NCBI RefSeq assembly: GCF_001194135.2
Contig: NC_068996.1
Location: forward strand, 6,230,347 to 6,288,226
Reading direction: 5' to 3'
Source: Octopus bimaculoides
Lineage: Eukaryota
DNA: 57,880 nt
Position 1 is the stretch's first letter. Each line of letters begins with the position of its first letter. The position numbers were made by a program, and so were the translations under genes. The notes under the pieces were generated by a model. That model saw nothing but the letters and a program-made list of their open reading frames with translations, was not told the origin of the DNA and did not search any database. This document shows, piece after piece, positions 27,301 through 39,300 of this stretch.

Positions 27301-30300
27301 ATACTCTTCCTATCATCAACTCTCATCTATTTCCTTATAAGTTAGTATCCCCCATGACCAAACATGATTTCATGGAAGACTGGAAATGAAGAACACTGCT
27401 TGCATTACAGGGACATTCTTCTACAACACTTGAAGTTTGGGCAAAGCAATAGTAACACATACACACACACACACACATGATATACATACATATATACATG
27501 GTAAACTTCTCCAGTTTTTATCTACCAAATCCACTCACAAGGTTTTAGTTGGCTCAGCTATAAGAAGAAACTGAGCTAAAGTGAGACTGAACTTGAGACC
27601 AGTGGTTGGAAAGTTAACTTCTTATCAAAGCCATACCTATTCCTAAATACTAGTTAAATCTCATTCAAGCTTCTAATTTGGCTGTTTTCTTCATAACAAA
27701 AAGGCTATATTTGAAGTGTCATTGATTATTAATGATATCAGGGATAAAATGTAGGAGTAAAATCTATTGTCAACCATCCTGAGAAAAGCTGAATTGTGTA
27801 ACTTGCTCAAGAGGCAATAAATGTTTGTACCATTGTCAAGTAGGGTTTCAAAGATTTTTGCTTTGAAACTGTAGAATATGAAAATAAAAGAATAGAAAAT
27901 TTGAATTAACAACTTTTTCTTTTCCTTTTTTTTTCACAGTTAGGAACCGGTGTCAGTAGTGGTGATGCTTTAGGTGGTCTTGGAGATATATTTGGATTGC
28001 CAGCCACCCAGTTTTATGTACCGCCTCAGGAGGTAATTTTTCAATTATATTTTCTATTAATGATTGTGGAAGTTCATGGCTTAGTAGTTAGGGTGCTGGA
28101 CTTATGATCATAAAATTGTGGTTTCAATTCCTGGACTGGGCAATACATTGTGTTCTTTCACGTTGCTGAAGTCCACTCAGTAATCCTGTGATGGACTAGC
28201 ATATTATCCAGGGGGAATATATGTATGCCAAAGAAATCCAGAAACCAGCCCTATGCTTCCTGCAGAGTGGAGTGGACTATCCATATTAACGATTAATTGA
28301 ATAGCAATTATGCTTTATTCATTCCAGTTCATGTGATATTCTTTGTTTGTTTTTGATAAATGTGAAGAATAACTGAAAGAGTAGAATCATGGATACAAGC
28401 AACAAAAATGAAGGATTCTTGGAAGGATCTCTGGAGTAATGTTACTTGAGAGGATGCATAGCTCAGAGACCAGAGAGTCTCTCCAGGTTGAATTGCTACT
28501 TCTCTGCATTGAGAGGTCACGATTCCAATACTATGAACATGTGATTTGAAGGTTGCAGGAAAGAATCACAAAACAGAACCTTGAAACTGAGCAGCAGGCA
28601 GCTGACCTAGGGGTAGACCAAGAATGAGATGGTTGGATAATATCCTAGGTCTCAGTTGATCATGCTTGTCAATCCTGCCAGAAAGTGTGTAGGAAATTGG
28701 TTATACACCATTAGGTGTACACCCAATTTCCTATATTAAATTAGAAAGAACGGAACGCAGAACTCCAAACTATCAACTCAACAATATTTATTTATGGAGG
28801 TAAATATACAGCTTTACTCTTGGTTGTTGAGACGCCTTCTGTGTGTGAGAACATGGTTGCTGAGACGCCGGAATGTTGATGTGAGCTGTCTGGCATGAGT
28901 TCGAAAGATGGAGAGAAGGCTTGACGCGTCCATGCTCAATGCCGGCCAGGCGAGAAAGAGACAGAATAAAGCGGGAAACGCTTGGATGTTGAATTCCACG
29001 CATGCACGAGACTACGCATGCGCACAGCGTTACTACAAGTGTAATGACATTTGCTTCTGAGGTGGCAGACGATTCTACTCCCATGACTCTCTCAGGAATA
29101 GTGAACAGAGAAACTGAATGAATGGTGGGTGAAGAAATATTTGTTGCATATTTCAGGTTATTGTTCAAAATGAAAAAACCAAATGTTTTCTGGTAGCAGT
29201 TAAGATGGGTCCATTTTAATGAAATTACAATAAGAACAAAGGACAAACATTTAAAAGAGAAATGTTTGTTCTATGTTCTTATGTCTTTTGTTCTACAGTT
29301 GAAAGAATTCAATATATGTTTTTAGGTTTGGGTTCCAGCTATAAAAGGAAAAGGTCTTGAAGTTAGTGGAACATTTACACGAAAGAATGGTCAAATAATG
29401 ATGGAAATAACACTCACCAACAAAGCCATGCAAGCAATGGGTGGATTTGCAATTCAATTCAATAAAAACAGGTATTAAAGCGCTTCTACTTAAAAAAAAC
29501 AAAAAAAAACCTTTTTACTGGGTGAAAAGTTTATATATTTTTATCATCAAATATAAAGTACACATTTTTGAATTCAAATAATTTTCGCATATCAAAATAA
29601 AACTAATCTATGATGATAATATTTAAATGTGAGATTGGTAACACATATTTTATTCAACTATGTATTGATATGAATTTAGTAATAATTCTTTTCATTTTAA
29701 TGTAAGATTCGAAAATATGTATGGCAATAGAACAGTCATTGGCAGGTTACTGTAAAACATCTGATTTGCTTATATTTTCAAAAACCTGTTATCAACAATG
29801 GCCTTATGAAAAGCACTATATGAAATGAATAAAATGTTTTGAGAGTGTAAGGCAAGTCCATTTGCCAAGAAGCATTGGTTTTCATTTTAATTAAAAGTTG
29901 TCTAATGCGAAAATAATTTCTGTAATCTAGAATTATCCTACTGAAAGAATTATTATAAAGTCTTTGTATATTAGAATGATAAGTTTGTTATTAATCAGCC
30001 AATGAGGGAAGAAAACACTCAAAAACTGAATTTCTGTTGATACACAATGAAAATTGAATACAAATTTCAAAACATAGAATTATTAAAATTTAGGGGAAAC
30101 TATAAATGAAATTTTACAAAGAATCACCTTTAAAACATGGCACTGTGATTCATCCTGAATTTCTTTCAGTAAGAATTCAAATGTTTAAATGCTTCCTTAT
30201 CTTTTCTCTGACACTTAAACCACTTTATAAAACTAATACTGGATCCGAATTTATACAGCATGTTACTTGTTTTTATTTATAGTTTCATAAATTTTTCAAT

Positions 30301-33300
30301 TTCATGTTTTTTTTTTATTGATTGTATGTCTGTTGTGAGGAAGGGTGTGATGTTAAGCATGTTATGTTCTGTGGGTTGCCTTTTCTTTCTTTTAAAAAAA
30401 CTTTTATCTGTCCCCTAATTTTATATTACTTGTTTAACTCTTGTTTTCAAACTCTTTTGGTTTAAAGCTTTGGTCTGCAGCCAGCACAATCTCTACAATT
30501 ACAAGGTCCCCTGAACCCTAACCAAACAGCATTCACATCTCTACCACTTAATACTGTTGGACCAGTTTTGAAAATGGATCCTCTAACTAATTTACAGGTA
30601 CTTGCTTTTTTTTTAAATAGATTTTTAGTGTTTTATATGTCTTTATTAGGGGGTCACTTTCAATGCTCTCAGTGCCACAGGATCTGCCTATCTGGTATTG
30701 GTCTTATCAGCCATGTCTGCTCCTATAAGAAACAATGTGCTAGAGGTGGAGGGGGATGAATGTCTTGTACCTGGGCTGTCATAAGCAAGCTAAGCAAAAG
30801 TTGGGGAAGAAAGAGTCAGCTGCCATGAATCTTTTTCAGGGTTTCTATGATGGAAAGGAAGAGGTTATCTTTGGACTGGAGACGTAACATGTATGAAAGG
30901 GTGCTGAGAAGTTGCTGGCTTTTTAGGGTATTGTGAAAGGCCTGGTTGGAAACCCAACCTTTCGAGTTCTTTTCCAGGGCTTAGAAAAACTGAAGGACTG
31001 CTGCAATAAGCGTATGAATCTGAGAGGAGAATATGTTGAATAAAATCATAATTAACTGATCCTCCTATATTCTCTTTTACCTAATGCCAGGAATGTTTCA
31101 GCACCCCTTCATCATCATCATCGTTTAACGTCCACTTTTCCATGCTAGCATGGGTTGGACGATTTGACTGAGGACTGGTGAAACCGGATGGCTACACCTG
31201 GCTCCAATCTGATTTGGCAGTTTCTACAGCTGGATGCCCTTCCTAATGCCAACCACTCCGAGAGTGTAACTGTTAAAAGTACTCAAGGACCAGGTGTTGA
31301 GGTTAAACTTGGTGATGGATTCAGTATATCTCTCAAGAACAAGAACAGCCTCCCTGATGTATTTATACCCATTTTATATTCATCAAATTTTACAAGGATT
31401 TAGTTAACCTCAAGCTACAATAGAATTCAATTTGTTACATTTGAATACTAAATTTTAACGACTGAACAATATAACCTTTTCGATACCAACCTGTCTATAA
31501 CGAGCCCTAATTCTGATATAAACCCATCTGGTTTGAAGTGTTCACATTTAAATTTCAACCTTCCTTGATATATTATGTAATTTTTATGTATAATTTCATA
31601 ATTTATGTAAGAACTGTTTTGTTAAACTATGTTCCAAACGTTAATAATAATGGGAAAATTATTTTCGTTAAATTCATTGAAATTTTTGATGTATTTTAAT
31701 CACTTTTTAAAATAATGGACAATGAATTTCTATAGAAATATGTTCCCCTCTCCTCAAACCAAGAAGGTTGAATAATAAATTGTTTGAAATGATTCAAGAA
31801 TTGTATATTATATATTAGTGTTCCCTGTTCTGTTGTAGTTCAGTATACAATTGCATTTGAAACATCCAATGCAAAAGTTCCAAACAACCACAGTGATGAA
31901 ATATATAAGAGAACGTATGAATTAAACTTGTGTTTATCATAACTAGTAATGATGATGGATTCTTTCATCAAAAATGATGTATGAGCATCTGCTTTTGTTA
32001 AACGACCAGCACAAATGATTTGTGTTTGTAATGATCAAATGTTTGTGCTGTTCATTGGCTCTCTCCCTTCACCGAATCCACATTGCCTGAACGGGAGCAC
32101 GGTGTACAACGCATTAGGTGTCAGAGTGATTGCAGAGCAATGCAAGACGAAGCGTTTTGCACCATTTGGTCTAAGAATTGAAACCATGATCTCACAATCA
32201 TGATTGCAACACCCTAACCACTAGGCCATGTCTCTTCACATAACTCGTAATACTAAGTATAATAGTAACCAAATCACTGAACTGGCAGCAGATTGGATGA
32301 GGATAATTTACATGGAGCTCTAAACTCAACATTAACAGGTGTAAATCTATTTGTATACACAAGGTATACTATATTTAAACGATATATTGTTTTTTAATTA
32401 TTCTCAGCATGCTAAAAAATAATTTTTCTTGTTCTTTTCTTTTTTTCAGGTTGCCATTAAAAATAACATTGATGTGTTTTACTTCAGTTGCGTAGTTCCA
32501 ATGCATATCTACTTTGTTGAAGACGGTGAAATGGACAAAAGAGTATTCTTAGCCACATGGAAAGACATTCCAGCTCAAAATGAAGTGCAGCATACCATAA
32601 ATGATGTACAACTCAATGCTGGTAAGTGCCATCAGTATCCATGGTATTACTGAATATCACCATGTAGGTGCAGGCATAGCTGTGTGGTTAAGAAGCTTGC
32701 TTTGCAACCATATGGTTTCAGGTTCAGTCCCACTGCACAGCACCTTGGGCAAGTTATCTTCTATTATTGCTTCAGGCCAATCAATGATTTATGAGTGAAT
32801 TTGGTAGGTGAAAACTTTTTGGAAGCCAGTCATGTGTTTGTATTTGTTCCCCCACCCCATCATCAACCATTCCTTAACATTTGGTTCAGTTTGTTTATAC
32901 CCCTGTATCTAGCAGTTCAGAAAATGAGATTGATAGAATAAGTACCATAATCATCATTATTTAATGTCCACCTTCCATGCTGGCATGGGCTGGACGGTTT
33001 GATAGGAACCAGGCAGGAGCCTGCACCAGACTTCTGTGTCTGTTTTGGCATAGTTTTTATGGTTGGATGCCCTTCCTAACACCAACCACCCAGCAAAATG
33101 GACTGAGTGGTTTTTCCAAACACCAACCACTTTACAGCGTGGACTGGATGCTTTTTAAGTGGCACCTGCACTGACAGGGTCACCAAGTAACTTGCAAGAC
33201 AAAGATCATTTGAGAGGGGGAAGGGACATTGAAAGAGGTGATCTTGTGTCGGATGATAAAAGGTTATGGTAAGACAGAGAGACAGAAACAGGTGTCTTGC

Positions 33301-36300
33301 TGCAAAGGAGATACATGGTTACCCAGCCTGAGGGAAAAACAGGAGGAGAGAGAGTGGGAGACAGCTAGAGTATGAGAGAGAGCAAGAGAGAGTTGGTTGT
33401 GAAGTGCTGGACATACTCACAAGTGACAGGGGATCAGAATATAATGGGATGGTCGAGTAAAAGGAGAGAGAGATAGATGGTGGCCAGACATTAAAAAAGA
33501 AAATGTACTGCGTTGGATTTGTTTGACTAAACCCTTCAAGGCAGATTCTCAGCATAACCACAGTCTTATGATCAAAACAAGTAAAAGATGAAAGCCACCA
33601 CATTAGCTCTCTCAACACCAAACTGCCTGCATGTCTCTTTTATAAAGCATTCATGTTTAGTTAATTCATTCTTGGATTAGATTGCTTATGTTTGGTCCAC
33701 CGTGGGATGAAGGCTTCAGCATGTTCTCTCCACCAAGAGGTCACACTGGTTTGATGAGCTTACTCTGCTACACTGGCTAAACACGGCTTGGCATAGGAAT
33801 GCAGTTTTTGTACTCAAGAGTAGTTAAGTCAATTACTGTCTTATTATAATCTCACCCATATTTCAGGCCTCATGCCTAAATTATGAAAATAATTACGGTC
33901 CGAATGATATTGTAAGTTATATATATAATATGTATATATGCTAGAGTGTTACCCAATCTATGACGGGTAACTTTCAAAGTATACTTTTGCCTCCATGGAA
34001 ATATGGCATACATACAATAATTATGATTTAATTTTTCTCAAGTTTTTTCATGGTTATACAAAATGATGAAATGAATTCTAATTTTCAAAAGAAAAATATT
34101 TATTACCTTAACTTGGTAGCATTTAAATTGGCCAATGTGAATAAATAAACATTGCATTTGACAAAGAAACCTGAATGCGAAAGGGCTAAAATATGATTTA
34201 GTAGCACACCTCATGCTTTTACTTAAAGTGCTTAGGTAGCCACAGCCATTCATAGATACCTTCCTGGCCCTTCTGATCCTCACAAAGTGAAACATCCAGG
34301 ATTTGACAGCTAGAGGGAGAGATATCTGCACAAGCACTAGGCTGGTGTTCATTTTCAGCTGAGTAGGCAGGAGCAATGTGAAATGAAGTACCTTGCTCAA
34401 GGACACAATGAACTTCCTGTTTCAGGAATCAAACCCATGACATTATGATCATAAGTTCAACACCTTGAGTCACTTACAAAAGAGTTAATGTTGTAGATGC
34501 TGCCAGTTATTTTCTTCTGTATTAATTCATAATGTATTTTAACGATTTACAACTAATTGCTATTTTGTAGATATGGTTTCCCAAAAACTTAGAAACAACA
34601 ATATTTTCACTATTGCCAAGAGGAATGTCGAAGGACAAGATATGTTGTATCAATCACTCAAACTGACCAATGGCATCTGGGTATTGGCAGAGCTTAAAAT
34701 ACAGCCTGGAAATCCTAGTTTCACTGTGAGTAAATGCAAAAGTTATTGGCTATTACAACTACGCCTGGTTTTTCTTTTTTAACTTTGATGTTCTTTTTCT
34801 TTGCTTTCTAAACAAATACTTTAAAAATTGTATGGTATGGTGTTTTTTCCTTCTTCTTCCTCTCAAATTAATCTCAGCTAAAACTTAATTTTATCAATAT
34901 CTATTTCTATATTGGTATTGCCAAACACTACTAGGTTATTCCTTACAATTTTAAATTAAAAAAAAAAGAAAACTATTTAAAAACGTTATCACTTTTCTGT
35001 TCATTTATAGCATGAGCACTAACTAATCTTTTAACATTATTAAATATGCAAGTTAAATCCTAACTGGTCTTTCACTTAACTTTATTTTTCTCCTAATATT
35101 TAATTAACTTGAATATTTCCCTAATACTCTAATACTTCAATTTTCATATATTTTTTTTTTGTTTTTGATAGAACTACAAATTTCTAAAACTGTGATGGTT
35201 TTCAAAATATATTTATTTATTTATTAAGCATCTATTTTCAGTTACTTCAAATTATTCAAAAGCGTTTTATAATGAAATCTTTTACTCCAAACCAGAAAAA
35301 AACCTTCAAAAAAAAAAAAAAAAAAAAAGAAAAGCATAAAGCTATTTTAATCTTTGTCTAAGTAAATTTACAAATTTTGTTTCATTATCAAAGTAAACTT
35401 ACAAATTTTGTTTCATTATCAAAGTAAACTTACAAATTTTGTTTCATTATCAAGGGGTAAATATTGCTCTAATATAGTGGTTTTCCTTCAGGGTGTCATG
35501 TTACCCTAGGGAAACATGACAATAATTAGAATTATTTTGGAGCTTATGCTTTCTTTTATGGTGCAAAAATAGTCACATATTTTAAGCATCTGAAGATAGA
35601 ATCAATGATTTCAGAGAAATGAGGGAAACCACTGTGTTAATAATGTCTGCCACACCAGTTTCTACTTATAACTTGTTTCTTTTTATAATGTCTGCCACAC
35701 CAGTTTCTTTTTATAACTTGTTCTTTGTTGCATTTTATATTCATCTACTACTATGTTAATTTTGTTTAATAAATAGGCACAGGCATGACTGTGTTTCAGG
35801 TTTAGTCTTACTGTGCTGCACCATGGGCAAATGTCTTCTACTATATCGCCAGGCTGATCATTGCCTTGTGAAGGAATTTGGTTGACAGAAATCATGTAGA
35901 AGCCCATTGAAAGAGCGAGCGAGTGAGAATGAGTGAGTGAGTGAGCGAACGAGCGACTGGCTTAGCAGTTTGGCAAAAGAGACTGAGACAATGAGCATCA
36001 GACTTTAAGTAAAAACAAAAGTTAATACTGGGGTCAGTTTGTTCAACTAAAGCCCTCCAAAGGAAGTACCCCTGCATTGTTGCAGTTCAATGACTGAATC
36101 AATTAAAAGATAAAAGAAAAATGTAATCTGTGACAGAAAAGCTGTATCTGTCAGTGATTTCTAATTTTGTGGCTATCATAGAGTTCATAGAGTTATTTAT
36201 TGTGTTGCACTTAAATTATAATAATATTGTTACTAAATTTTCTCTTGTTTGCTTGCTTTCATTACTCTGTTGTTCAAAAAATTTTGCCTGTAAACCTGAA

Positions 36301-39300
36301 ACATTTATTTCATGGAAAAATTATAAAGTTCTTGCTTTCACTGAACAATAATAGCAATATTAAAAAAAAAAAAGGGAGTGGTTGGTTGGTGTTGGGAAGG
36401 GCATCTAGCTATAAAAACCCTGCTAAAACAGACAGTGAAGCCTGGTGCAGACTTCTGGCTTGCAAGTCCTTGTCAAACCATCCAGCCGATGCCAACATGG
36501 AAAATGGATGTTTAATGATGATAGCCATGTATTCACCTTCAGCAAGACACATGCTCCTGTCCCTTTGTCTTGGTTTCTTATCCCTCAATACTATACCCAA
36601 CTCTGATGAGGGGTCTTATCTTGCAGGTACTTGGTGACATCAACAGTACTGGTACCATGTAAAAAGCACCCAATACACTCTGTAAAGTAGTTGGTGTTAG
36701 GAAGGGCATCCAGCTGTAGAAATCAGGCCAAAACAGATGTGATGTACCTGGCAGGGCCCTCTGGTTTACCTGTTCTTGTCAGCATAGAAAAGGGGACATT
36801 AAATGATTATTATGATTAAGGTAAATAAGACAAGAGCACAGAATTGAAGGATTGAATATTGGGATAAAGTTCTGTAAACTAAACTTGGGTAAAATAGTTT
36901 TGTAAAAAAAAGAATTGTTGAAATGAAAAAAATAAAATTAATTCAATTTGCATATCTAATGAAAAAAACTCTATCTTGACATCAAAGGCACTGTAAATCT
37001 TCATAGACCAAAAGTGTTTTCATTTTTTAATTAATGTAGCTGAGTCTTTACATAGCTTAGTGGTTGTGGTGTTAGTCTTATGATCATAAACTTGTAGGTT
37101 CAATTCCTGGACTGGGCAATATGTTGTATCCTTTATGTAATAAATACTAAGTGCTCAATGCTCTAAAGTAGAGCTAAAATAGTGAAATACATAAAATACA
37201 CAAGTATGTGTGCTTGTCAGCTAAAGAGTCAATATTTTAAATCAAGACATCAGTAGTCCTTTGAAAATACATTCTGGAATGTCACCCACAAGGGCTTCCT
37301 CAATAACCTGTTATTTTTGTTATTGGCATCAGTGAAAATATAATTAAAATGCCAAGTAAGGAATTTTAACCATCCTCCTTTTCTTCCAGCTGGAGTACCA
37401 TATATCTCCCTTAGAGCAAGACACCTTTTCCTGTTCCCCTATCATGTTTTAACCCCTTTGTTACGATATTTCTGTTGAAATACATTGCCTTTGTTTCAAT
37501 TATGGCTGAAAGTAATGAAGAATTTAGTAAAATAATTTAGTCATTATTAAGCTGGTAACTGGAACATAAATTAACACTGAATTTTGATGGAAAGTTTTAA
37601 CTGAAATCACTTCAAAGCATGAAGTCTATATCATAAAACCAAGGGCGGTCTCAGGTGGGTTAGTATCAAAACGGTTGATGTTTTACCTGGCATAAAGCCA
37701 CCTTTCTCAGTACTTCTCCCCTTGATTCAATTGAGAGGTGTTACCTTGCAAGTTACTTGGCAACCACAGTAATGCTGGTGCCATGTATGAAAAAATTGCC
37801 CCCCACACACACACTACAGTGTACACTGTAAAGTGGTTGGCATTAGGAAGGGCATCCAGCTGTGGAAACCATGCCAAATCAGACTGGAGCATGGTGCAGT
37901 CCTCTAGCTCATCAACCCCTATTGAACTACCTAAAACAAGTTAAGTGATGATGATGGGAGATGGGTGGCGGGTGTTGGAACAATCCAGAGAAATTAAATT
38001 TCTTCATAATAATCTTTTTCCTGATTTAAACATAAAGCAAAGAATATAATTAATGGCAGAAAAGAAGTGTCTTCTAAAACTTTAACTGTATTCTATTTTG
38101 TTCTCCCCTTCCTCCTCCTTCTCTTCTTCTTCCTCCCCTCTTCTTCCTCCCCTCTTCTTCCTCCCCTCGTCTTCCTCCCCTCTTCTTCCTCCCCTCTTCT
38201 TCCTCCCCTCTTCTTCCTCCCCTCTTCTTCTTCCCCTCTTCTTCCTCCCCTCTTCTTCTTCCCTCTTCTTCCTCCCCTCTTCTTNNNNNNNNNNNNNNNN
38301 NNNNNNNNNNNNNNNNNNNNNNNNNNNNNNNNNNNNNNNNNNNNNNNNNNNNNNNNNNNNNNNNNNNNNNNNNNNNNNNNNNNNNNNNNNNNNNNNNNNN
38401 NNNNNNNNNNNNNNNNNNNNNNNNNNNNNNNNNNNNNNNNNNNNNNNNNNNNNNNNNNNNNNNNNNNNNNNNNNNNNNNNNNNNNNNNNNNNNNNNNNNN
38501 NNNNNNNNNNNNNNNNNNNNNNNNNNNNNNNNNNNNNNNNNNNNNNNNNNNNNNNNNNNNNNNNNNNNNNNNNNNNNNNNNNNNNNNNNNNNNNNNNNNN
38601 NNNNNNNNNNNNNNNNNNNNNNNNNNNNNNNNNNNNNNNNNNNNNNNNNNNNNNNNNNNNNNNNNNNNNNNNNNNNNNNNNNNNNTCTTCTTCCCCTCTT
38701 CTTCTTCCCCTCTTCTTCTTCCCCTCTTCTTCTTCCCCTCTTCTTCCTCCCCTCTTCTTCCCCCCTCTTCTTCCTCCTTTTCTTTCTCCTTTTTTTTTTT
38801 GTTTTCCTTCATGTAAATCATGTTCATCAAAAAATTAATAGCAAAGCATCTTGATCTGTTCTGGCATATATTGACTGCAAAGTCAATATACTTATGTTTT
38901 ATGTTGAACAATTTAAATCAATGTTCTCATTTTGTTATATTCTCACACCAGAGCATGTACTACAATTTTTTTTCCTCCAGTATTTGTTTTCAAAATTTAT
39001 TTTACATTTTCATTTCTAAGTATTTTCCTCTCTTAGAAAATAGAGACTGGTTGTGTGTGTGTATGTATATATATATATAGTTTAATTATTCTATAATTAT
39101 GAGGATATGTGGTTCTGGATGCACTGTGTGGTGAAAAGATGGATGGTCACTGCTGGGATACCTTTTTGATTGTAGATGTGTTTTCTGGGCAATCTAATGT
39201 ATAAAAACAGATGAAGCAGTGTAACATATTCAAACAATCTTATTACAGTCTATGTGATTTCATCACAGTATGCTGTTTGACCTTCAGTAAGGCAGAGACA

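Noticed and set aside
27940-27943. Tandem acceptor CAG-TTAG 4 nt apart
   Set aside because: The distal AG shifts the frame, and nothing suggests regulated use.
34878-35200. Other cryptic acceptors in the last intron (34877, 35010, 35171) and the 42628..42663 AG/GTAAG pair
   Set aside because: They lead to stops or out-of-frame lengths, or lack a good donor; such sites are common in T-rich introns.
35362-35454. 31-bp repeats superficially like a CRISPR array
   Set aside because: Head-to-tail with no spacers, in a eukaryotic intron with no cas genes.
38067-38911. Long ORFs (246-272 aa) of F/L/P/S or K/R/G/E
   Set aside because: They are translations of the CTT/CCT satellite and N-gap.
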